Shown here one piece after another: positions 22,580 through 32,344 of a stretch of DNA of 36,012 nt. Origin of the DNA: Polysphondylium violaceum (taxonomy: Eukaryota); NCBI GenBank assembly GCA_000277445.1, contig AJWJ01000015.1, positions 1 to 36,012 on the forward strand. Reading direction: 5' to 3'. The notes under the pieces are model-generated. The model was not told the DNA's origin. It saw nothing but the letters and a program-made list of their open reading frames with translations, and ran no database searches. Each line of letters starts with the position of its first letter. The first letter of the stretch is position 1. Both the position numbers and the translations under genes were made by a program.

Positions 22580-25440
22580 TTATTTTATTCCTAATATTAA
22601 ACAAGTAAATGCCTGAGCCAATAATGGGATATATTGATTACTGGGCGACGATCTAGATGCAACTCTGTTTAATAATTTAATGAGTGATCCTAAAATAGCC
22701 TTCTTTTCATCATTTAAAGTTCTCAACATATTCTCTATACCTACTACTCTTTCATGTTCATTTTCACATTCTATTTGTTTAAATTAATTCAATTAGTATT
22801 AAGATGATATGATCGTATCAGTGGTAATCTATAACTATAAAATGCAATACATACTAGCAATAGATACCCAAGTATTTATAAATGAATCTGTTACGAAAAT
22901 TGGCTCAATAGTTTTGAAAAAGTGTTTCAAGAGTTCAGAAGTCATATAAACATCCACGTGTTCAGGCTGCATTGTGTTTCCATTGACCTTTAGTGATTCA
23001 GAATATATTTTGCTCTCTTTATCTTTTGCAATCTCTGCACTTTTAATCAATACATCGGCACTTAAATCTGCAATATTGTCTAAATAACTAGATGTTTTTA
23101 ATATTAAAGCTGATTTAGATGGTCCTCTCATATTTAAATTCTAATTACAGTATTAGTATTAATAATATCTTTTAACTATCAGATTATTTATACTTACAGG
23201 GAATAGAGATTCATAGTTTTTAATCAAAGACTCCATTACTACTGAACTCTTTTGATTAATATGGTCCTTTGTAATTTGTTGTTGTTGTTGTTGTTGTTGT
23301 TTCATTATAGTATCTTGAGAATTCTTCAAGATATTATTACCACTAATATTAATATTTGATTTTGTCACTGGAGTGTTTTGATTGGAGGTAGCAGTAGGAG
23401 TATTGTTACCAATGCTATTACTGGTATTATCTAAAACACTTGAGCTTTTCATATTATGATTATTGGGAGATGGTACAAATGTGGAGGAGGAGGCAGAGGA
23501 GGAAGCAGAGGAAGGGACCCCAATATCATTTGATTTTTGATTTATGTCTTGTAAATACATGGAATGGAGTAAAGAGAATTTCTCTGCTTGTTGGTCATGT
23601 AGGGCGTGATAGAGCATATGAACTTGATGCTCGAGACCTCTGACTCTAGCAACGTCTACCATTCTTTCATCGGTGATCAAGTCATGGCCACAATCTAAAA
23701 TTTGGATGATACCTGAAATGTAGATCTCTGATGCAATTCTGGCGGCCTCTCTTCTGGCCAATTCTCTGACGAGATCTTGTTTGATGTGATAGTGATCTTT
23801 GATTCTTTGGCTGCACGATTGAAACAATGGATGGATTTTAAAGTAATCGGAATAGTATCCCTCTCTGATTTGTGAGTATATTCTCTCGAGCTCTATATCC
23901 CACTTTGAGAGGTCCCTCTCCACGACATTGATGGCCTCGTACAGACGAGTGACTTCATTGCAAACCGATACAAATCTATCACGGAGTTCTCTCACACTTC
24001 GTTTCTCAATGTTGAGAAAGGCGATGGCTGACTCTACCTTTCTTTTCTTCTTTTCAAAGTCTTCAATTTGTTTGGATTCTTTGGAACGTAGTTTCTTTTT
24101 CTTTGAAAATGCATCGATAGATTCATCGATAGATAGCTTTTGTGACAAAAGATCTTGAAGGAAATTGAGGATTGTCGAACTGACCAAATCACAGTCACCA
24201 ACAATTTTAGCATTTTGTTTTAATTCAATGTTGACTTGTTTCTTTGTGATACGTTTCTCCAAGAGTTGATGAATCTCTGACGATAGATTGTGGAGGTGTG
24301 ATGTCAAGAGTACTCTATTTTTAAACTGAATTCTTTCTATTCTATACTTTGCCGTGAGCAATACCTCTGATATCTTTTGATTCAACTCTTCTTCATTATG
24401 ATATTGACTAATATTTAAATTTAAATTTTGTGCTAAACTATTTAATTGTTCCTTTTTCAAATTAAATGATTGTTGTTGTTGATGTTGTTGTTGGTGGTGA
24501 TGTTGTTGATTATTAATACCATTTAAAACTATTGGTGAGGAATTCTTTGCAACAGATGCAGGATATTGATGTGGTGATGATTGCTCTTGTTCAAATCTTT
24601 TCTTTTGATGGAATATTTTTGGTGTTTGTGGTGAAAGGGTTGATTGGTGTTGTTGGTTATGATGTTGCTGTACAGGTGATGAAATTGGTGAATAGTTATA
24701 AGAAGAAGACGATGGTGATGATGTAGTTGTTGTAGTTGTAGTTGTTGGTTGTTGTTTTGGATTTTTCAACATTAATATTTTCTTTTTTTTCTAATTCTAA
24801 ATCATCTTTGATTTCATTCATTTGTTCATCCATTGTTTGAATTTGAGCTGTTTGTTCTCTTAGATCTTGTTTTACACGTTGATACTCTTTTATAATATTT
24901 AATACTTTTCCTTTATCAACTGTATTATTACCATTGTTGCTATTATTACCATTGTTATTACTATTATTATAATGATTACTGATATTGACTTGATTATTTT
25001 CCAAAGAATTTAAAGAATTCATTAAACTTTCAATATCTTTATCTACATCCAAATTCTTTTCACTACCATTTTGTCTGCTATTATAAGAATTTATAATATT
25101 TGATAGACTTGAATTACTCTTTGAATTTGTTAAGTCCTTTTCCTTTTTAATTTTTAAATGTTGCTTTATTAGCCAATCTTCATCGTCATCCTCCAATTGA
25201 CTAAAATCTGCGCCATCTTTAATATTATTTATTTCAATTAATATTTATTCACATCGCTCTCATTCATTCCGACTACTACTCACCTATATAATCATTTATA
25301 TTTATATTTGGACCAATGACTGATTTTCTAAGTACCTCTCTTAGATCTGATATTTCATCAATTAAATGATTACTTTTGATATCATTTTTATGTAGAGTAT
25401 TGATTTTTGATCCATCCATAACTAATGCTGAATTTTCCAT
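22580..25440 (-). CDS. Q/N-rich coiled-coil protein of unknown function (about 850 aa), multi-exon; exons: 25284..25440, about 24790..25216, 23198..about 24790 (frame change inside an A8 run), 22855..23140, 22580..22770
   Basis: Start MENSALVMDGSKINTLHKNDIK...DYI(G) precedes a GTGAGT donor and 67-nt intron, then DGADFSQLEDDDEDWLIKQHLKIKK... (ORF 24696..25196). The body is ORF 23159..24772 (MLKNPKQQPTTTTTTTTSS...polyQ...heptad-rich segments...CGHDLITDERMVDVARVRGLEHQVHMLYHALHDQQ). It ends SLFP|GTAAGT, a 57-nt intron, TAATTAG|NLNMRGPSKSALILK... (ORF 22835..23131), IA(A)|GTATGT, an 84-nt intron, and ATAG|(K)CENEHERVVGIENMLRTLNDEKK...LILGIK*. I recognise no conserved catalytic domain. Confidence 0.5.
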
Positions 25441-26430
25441 CTTTGTTCAATTTTTATGTTTTGTTTAATGTTTTGTGATGTTGTTGTTGTGTTTATCTGA
25501 TGATTTCAAACTTTAAATTAATATATAAATAAAAGAAGAGAATAAGATAATAAGGAGAGTTTGAAGTGTTATTGGTGGTGTGTTGGGTGAGGTTATGATG
25601 ATTAGTTTAATTAAGAAATAAAATTATAAATTGAAAAAAAATAATAAAAAAATAGTAAATTAAATAATAATGGTTTCTATTTATGTGTTATATGGTTGAT
25701 ATTGGTGTTGATGTTGTGGGTGTGAATGGGGTGGAGGATAAATTAAGTTGGAGGTAAAATATACACTAAACATATACACAAATTATGTGCCCACTCAATC
25801 TTTTTAATTTAGTATTAGTGGTGGGAAAAAAAAAAAAAGTAAAATATATATAGATAAATATATCTTTTTTTATCCAATTTTGTAGTGTGAGTGGTGTTTA
25901 ATGTGGGTGTGTTTATTTGTAGGTATAAACAAGAAGAACTCTGAACCTTACGATATTGTTGAATAATTATTTAATCAAAAATCAAAAGTGGGTGAGTGGG
26001 TGTGATTAACACTTTTTTTATTTATTATTAGCGTGTGTGCTATATTAAATAAGGATATAAATAGAGAGGTTGTGAGTGTGGGACTATGTGAGGGAGAGAT
26101 TAAGAAATATATATAGTGTGTGTGATGCGAATAAAAATAATAACATGATGGGCTTATTTTTTTAAAATAAACCAATAAACCAATGTGATATATTAATAAA
26201 AATCACACAATATTATAATAATATTTATATTTCCGCCAAGATATCGGAATTATGTGCATATTATCACACGCCCATAACTAAGGATATTTCACCCCATTCC
26301 ATGCAATCCCCAAAAAAATTTTAGATTCTTTTTTTTCCACTCCGACGTTGGGATGGTGATTAGGATTGTATGGGTGAGTGAGCGGGGGTGGGGGTGGGTG
26401 AGTGTGGGCATTTCAATCATCACATTGATT

Positions 26431-27477
26431 CTATACGTCGATGACTACTTTTCCATTGGCTGTTCGATTTTCAAATGCTTGATAGGCTAGTGCAATTTCA
26501 TCAATTCCGAAATGGAGTGTGTTGTCTATATTTACAGACAAAGTGTGGTTTTCATAGAGCTTGGCGAGCTGGGCTAGATGTGGGCCAGAGGGCACAAATA
26601 GACAATGGTCAAATTGAATGTCTTTGTTGAATTTTGTTTTTATCTGATCACGCTTTGATAGGGTGTCCATCACACCCCTTGGCAGACCTTGGACAACGCC
26701 CTGGCTATCGCTGTGCGAGACAAAGGATCCGTTGAAGCCTATGAGATGTCCTGTGTTGTTTTTCAATGCATGTATGCATTTATCCTCGATTTGCTCGCCA
26801 GTGACACAGTTGAATATAATGTCAAAAGGCTGTTGTGTAGAGTCTTGTAAAATGGATGAAAGGTTGTAGTCGATGACTTGGTCGGCACCTGCAGCTTTTA
26901 GCTTATCGAAATGAATAGGATTGCATGTGGTGGCGACAAAAGGAATGTGGAGATGTTTTTTGAGATAGTTTACAATAAAGAACCCTACACCGCCATTGCC
27001 CCCATTGACCAGCACTCGCTTACTCGATCCGTGCTCAAGTTTAGCTGTGTTGGTGATTGCGTTCAAAGCAGTGAGAGCTGCAAAGGGCACCGAGGCAGAT
27101 TCTCTATGACTCAAGTTTTTGGGCTTCAATGATATCTCACTCTCATCCAAGAGAACATATTGTGCATGAGAACCATTGGAAAATGGTGCATTTGAGCCCC
27201 AAACCAAGTCACCTATATTATAATCCCATACATCTTGACCAACCTCTACAATTTCCCCACTACATTCTCTTCCCAAAATAATTGGCAACTCTTGATTTGT
27301 CAATCCAACTATACTTTTAGCATAACCCTTTCTCATAACATTATCCAAAGGATTGATACTAGTTGCACAAACTTTAATTAAAATCTGTGATTTCTCTGGT
27401 TTAGGGAGATGAACTTTACTTGATATCTCTAAATTACTTAATGATTCTCCATATTGATTCAACAATACTCCTTTCAT
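26431..27477 (-). CDS. Zn-dependent alcohol dehydrogenase / quinone-oxidoreductase-like MDR superfamily protein (348 aa), single exon
   Basis: ORF 26431..27477(-) starts with a GroES-like N-terminal domain (LIKVCATSINPLDNVMRKGY...GRECSGEIVEVG), followed by a Rossmann nucleotide-binding fold VLVNGGNGGVGFFIVNYLK (GxGxxG). Overall architecture resembles RTN4IP1/zeta-crystallin-type MDRs. Confidence 0.85.
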   Translation of the reverse strand: MKGVLLNQYGESLSNLEISSKVHLPKPEKSQILIKVCATSINPLDNVMRKGYAKSIVGLTNQELPIILGRECSGEIVEVGQDVWDYNIGDLVWGSNAPFSNGSHAQYVLLDESEISLKPKNLSHRESASVPFAALTALNAITNTAKLEHGSSKRVLVNGGNGGVGFFIVNYLKKHLHIPFVATTCNPIHFDKLKAAGADQVIDYNLSSILQDSTQQPFDIIFNCVTGEQIEDKCIHALKNNTGHLIGFNGSFVSHSDSQGVVQGLPRGVMDTLSKRDQIKTKFNKDIQFDHCLFVPSGPHLAQLAKLYENHTLSVNIDNTLHFGIDEIALAYQAFENRTANGKVVIDV

Positions 27478-27846
27478 AAACTTATTATTATAATAGTTAT
27501 TTTTAGGTGCTATTTATATTGTATTAATATTTGCGGAATAGTTGGACCAAGCAATTATTATAGTACCTCTAATAAAACTTTTTAATAAATGTATTGATGT
27601 ATTTGTATTCATTTTTTGAGTTTTATATCTAAATATTTAGATATTGATCTAGATTTATATATGTTAAAATGATATTTTTTTAAAAGTTGATGATCATGTT
27701 TTTGTTGGCATATGATAAAATTAAATAAAAAAAAAAAAAAAAAAGACCTGGTTTGCAAAAAATGAGATGAGATAATTATGATGAAGTTAATTTTTTATTA
27801 CTTGGACGAATACCATATGATAAGGTTATCGATTAACATTTTCAAA

Positions 27847-27890
27847 GAGATTTAAAAGCAATCCTATAATATATTATAAGATTGCTTTTA
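27847..27890. repeat. Imperfect 21-bp-arm inverted repeat (hairpin/palindrome) in the intergenic spacer
   Basis: The sequence ttaaaagcaatcctataatat|atattataagattgcttttaa has a right arm whose reverse complement matches the left arm with 2 mismatches. It lies between the 5' ends of the MDR gene (-) and the amylase gene (+). Confidence 0.5.
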
Positions 27891-28449
27891 AATCTATATG
27901 AATGTCTAATTTTCATTGAATAAATTGCCTAATAAGAAAAATCTAAATAAAATACTTCCTACGAAAACTCTTGGGACAGGTGGTGTAAAAATTAATTGTA
28001 AAACACTTCAAATGGTCATTGACCACCTTTTGTTCGAAAAAATGTAAACGCTAAAGATATTTTTTTTAAAATTTTCGTCAAATTTTTTTCTTTTTAATTT
28101 TAAAAAAATTCAGGATTGAATAGAATTTAAAATTTGACAGGTTATTTCTTTTATTATTGCTACAGTGCTTTTTGTTATTGTTCATACCAGCCTATTGCCA
28201 TCAATCATTGTCTTTTTTTTTACACAAAAAACAATAATATCTTGGCATCCCCAGCACTTTGGATTTTTATTTTTTTTACAATTTTTTTTTTACAATTTTT
28301 GCAATTTGAAGCGTTTTTTCTAAATTTCGAGTGGGTGTAAGAATTTATCATTTCATCACCAACACCTCATTCACACACGCACACTATCGATCAATCACCT
28401 GTCAGTCTGTCAGTTTATATGTTTGTGATTCTGTGTCTATAATAACGAG

Positions 28450-29933
28450 ATGATGAGTAAAATTACATTACTTGTATCAATAATATTATTAGTTGGATAT
28501 TCACAAGTGAGTAATGCAGGTACACCTGACCAATGGAGTCAAAGAACTATATATCAGTTGCTTACCGATAGATTCTCGCAAACTGTAAATTCAAGTACAC
28601 CATGTCCAGATCTATCCACCTACTGTGGTGGCACATTTGATGGCATTGCTGCTCATTTAGATTATATCCAAGGCATGGGTTTTGACGCCATATGGATATC
28701 ACCTGTCATTGAAAACTATCCTGTAGGTTGTTGTTGTTATTATAGTATATAGTAGGCAGTTATCTAACATTAATAATCATCATAAAGGGAGGGTATCATG
28801 GCTATTGGCAAACAAACTTTTATGCAATCAATGATAATTTTGGATCGAGTAGTGATCTATTGAATCTAATCAAAGCATGTCATACTAGAGGCATTTGGGT
28901 AATGTTGGATGTCGTTGCCAATCATATTGGACCTGTAAACTATGACTACTCTACCATTGTTCCATTCAACAATACCGAACACTACCACAATTGCACTGGA
29001 TGTCCCAGTCAATGTACAATTGAGGATTTTGATGACTATGCACAAGTTGAGCATTGCAGATTGGCCGGATTACCAGATCTCGACCAAGATAATCAATATG
29101 TCAGACAAACACTCCTCGACTGGATCCAAGACATTGTCGAGCAATACTCTTTTGACGGTATTCGTATCGACACCGTCCCCGAGGTGAAAATGGACTTTTG
29201 GCAAGAATACAACCAATACGCCGGCGTCTATGCCGTGGGCGAGGTGTACAATGGCAACAACAGCTACGTGGGCGAGTACACAGAAGTCATGGACGGTGTA
29301 TTGAGCTATCCCATGTTTTTCACACTCCGTAACGTGTTTGCTCAACAACAGTCTATGTACCAGATCCAATCCACCTTTCAGCAATACCAACAATACATGA
29401 AGAACCTCACACTCATGGGCACCTTTATCGACAACCACGACCAGGTCAGATTCCTCAACGAACAACCCGACATACTCCTCTACAAAAACGCCATCACCTA
29501 CACCCTCATGGCACAAGGAATCCCCATCATCTACTATGGCACTGAACAAGGCTTTGACGGTAGCTCTGATCCAAATAACAGAGAACCCCTCTGGACCACC
29601 CAATTCAACCAAAATGCCGAGCTCTACCAATACATCAAGCTGATCAATCAATTCCGTGCCTCTAATCCACAATACCAAACCTATGACCAAGTACAACGTT
29701 ATGCCGATAATAGCTTCTATGCTTTTAGCAGAGGTCAAGTGTTTGTTGCCCTCACCAACGGTGGTTCCAATCAAGCCCAAATCATGAGAAATATCACCTA
29801 TCATCCATACACTGATGGTACCACTCTCTGTAATCTATTCTATCCAACCGAAGATTGTATTAAAGTCACTGACAACTCTTTTGAAGTCTATCTAGACTAT
29901 GGTGAATCTAAAATCTACTATCCAATAAACTAA
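28450..29933 (+). CDS. amyA: Secreted GH13 alpha-amylase of the fungal Taka-amylase type; 2 exons: 28450..28722, 28788..29933 (about 472 aa)
   Basis: Exon 1 reads MMSKITLLVSIILLVGYSQVSNA (signal peptide), then TPDQWSQRTIYQLLTDRFS...YCGGTFDGIAAHLDYIQGMGFDAIWISPVIENYP, and ends at a GTAGGT donor. After a 65-nt intron, exon 2 reads GGYHGYWQTNFYAIN...RGIWVMLDVVANHIG...FDGIRIDTVPEV...GEVYNG...FIDNHDQVRF. These align block-for-block with Aspergillus oryzae Taka-amylase A catalytic regions I-IV. Confidence 0.85.
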
Positions 29934-30170
29934 TAATTAGATATATATAATATTTAATTATTAATCCATAAATATTCAATTGATTATTATTATTACTATT
30001 ATCATCATCATTCAACAATATCAAAGAGGGAGAGAGGTATTTAATTTTTTTAAAATTTAATTATTTATTTTGATTTGTTAGAAGGAAGGGGAGTGAGTTT
30101 GTTGTTGGTGAGTGAGTGAGAGTCTGAGTGAGAGAGTGATTAACTTAATTTAATTTGATATGGTGATGAT

Positions 30171-31058
30171 TTAAATAATAATACAATTGCCATTCTTCTT
30201 TTTATCTTTTTTCTTTTTATCTTTTTTATCTGTTTCTTGATTAGCAGTTGTATTGGGGGTACCATCAGTACCTTTTTTATCAATACCTCTAGATTCGAGA
30301 ACTATATCAATAGCTGCGTTAAAGACTTCTTCTAAACCTTGACGAGTTTTTGCAGAGACTTCTAAATATTTGGCAGCTTTAATTTGTTTGGCCATTGAAA
30401 GACCCATATCTGGTGTGACTGGTTCAAATTTACCAGAATTTGGATCTGGGTGTTGAGCTTCACGTAAATCTATTTTAGTACCGACAAGGATATGTGGAAT
30501 ATCTGGGATATAATGATTAACTTCTGGTGCCCACTATAGTAATGTTTAAAATCATATTAATATACTGTTTTTGTCATCACCATCTCTTAATGATGGATGA
30601 GCGAATGAAGAAAATAAAATAATTACTTTATCTCTAATAGCTTCATAGGAAGATTGACTGATAGTACTAAAACAAAGAAGTACAACATCTGCACCTGGGT
30701 ATGAAAGTGGTCTTAAACGATCGTATTCCTCTTGACCAGCAGTATCCCAAAGATGAATTTTAATGTCTTCATTTCCTCTCTTTCTAGTAGCTGTATAGTT
30801 TTCAAAAACAGTTGGAACGTAATCTACTGGGAAATCATTTTGTGCATAACAAATTAAGAGACATGTCTTACCGACGGCACCATCACCGACAATAACCAAT
30901 TTTACTCTTGTTGCTGCTCCTGAACCTGCATCCTATCATAGCAAAATTTAAAAGGAAAAAAAAAATGAAAAAAAAAAAAATAAAAAAAAATAAAAAAAAA
31001 GGTTATTATTTGATTTTAGATGGTTATAGAGTAGAGTAATAATATTTACTTCAGCCAT
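30171..31058 (-). CDS. racE: Rho-family small GTPase, RacE-like; 3 exons: 31050..31058 (9-nt exon, MAE), 30627..30932, 30171..30533 (about 226 aa)
   Basis: ATGGCTGAA|GTAAAT is followed by a 117-nt intron. CTATGATAG|[102 protein letters not shown]|GTAATT is followed by a 93-nt intron. CTATAG|[83 protein letters not shown]...[14 protein letters not shown]. It carries the P-loop, switch I/II and a Rho insert, a polybasic tail and a CaaX box (CIII). The N-terminal M-x-E-D-x-GSGA-TRVKLV matches D. discoideum RacE as I recall it. Confidence 0.8.
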
Positions 31059-32221
31059 TTTTTTCTAATTGTTATATATGAAATTTAAAAAACTAAATAA
31101 ATAATAGTAAATTTGTATTACTTGAACTTTAAAATATACACTAAAATTGTAAAGAAGGGTTGTATTAATATCAATTCAAATCAATTCCCAAACAATCACA
31201 AGCAATTGCGTGCTAGCTAAACTAGATATGATTGATGTGATGTGTTGTGTTGTTGTGTTGAGTATTATGAATGATTATGATAAAACCAACCTTGTTTTGA
31301 TTACAATAGGACTCGTACTAATATATATATATAAATAATAAATATAAAAGTGATTATTAACTAATTCTACAGTTGTCCAAAAATTGAAAGTAGAGTTAAA
31401 ATATTGATAAGATAAATAAAGATAAATATATATTATATAAAAGGAATGTGTGTGTGATTGATGTGTGGTGTTGTCTGTCTGTCTGTTCTGAACAAATAAA
31501 AGTGTTTAGAAAGAGGTTGAGAATAAAATAAAAAAAGCTGTTTGTGTTATTGCTTTAAATAACCTGTGTGTGTGTGTTTGTTTTATTGTGTTATTATATG
31601 GTGTATAAACTACAGTGTTGTTAAGAGGTGCTACAAAATTTTGGGGTGGGGTTTTTTTTAGAAAAAAAATGAAAAAAATGAAAAAAAAAAAAATTTGCTA
31701 ACAAAATGCACAATTTGGTTATCAGAAAATATTTCACTGATTTTCAAAAAAGTCACGAGACTCACTCCATTTGACTACACACATATAAAACAAGATTGTA
31801 TTTTTTTTTTTTTTTTGGCATTTCTTTGATTCTTATCGCTAATGTTTTATTTTTATATCCCTTTTTATTTCTGTGTTTCTTTATGAATGCATATATGTGT
31901 TGACACAATATAAAAATGGAGATATAGTGTGTGTGCTTGGGTTCTAGCATAGATAGTAGTATTATTGGTTAATAGGGAGGAGTTGGATGGGATCGCCAAA
32001 TAGGGTGTTCATGAGGCTAGAAAGATATTTAAATAAACATGTGTGCTGTTCATTGTGTTATAAGAATAACAGGACAGCAATCAAAAAAGATACAATAAAA
32101 TCTATTGTTCAGATATTGGGGGAATATCGCTGAGAAATTTTGAATGAAAAAAAAAAAAAAAAAATTGAATTAGTTGATTTGAAAAGACAGACACATACAG
32201 AATATAGGATACGAGTGTAGC

Positions 32222-32294
<73 letters not shown>

Positions 32295-32295
32295 G
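32222..32295. repeat. (GATA)n / (ATAG)n tetranucleotide microsatellite, about 18 units
   Basis: A perfect atagatagatag... run sits 50-120 bp upstream of the AMPK-beta ATG at 32345. It is mirrored by the spurious (-) ORFs 32102..32329 and 32170..32394 reading (YLSI)n. Confidence 0.95.
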
Positions 32296-32344
32296 ATAGA
32301 AAGTATTGGTTGCAGTACTTTCTACACAATAGATACGATACACA

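Noticed and set aside
24696-24772. Two separate overlapping genes to explain ORFs 24696..25196 and 23159..24772
   Set aside because: Same-strand 77-nt coding overlap is implausible here. A single-base change in the A8 run yields one continuous, sensible coiled-coil protein. I report it as a probable frameshift instead.
29070-29804. 244-aa ORF antisense to the alpha-amylase gene
   Set aside because: It has no start context and a low-complexity V/L/D/G-rich product. It is explained by the GC-rich, stop-poor composition of the amylase exon. The sense frame has clear GH13 motifs.
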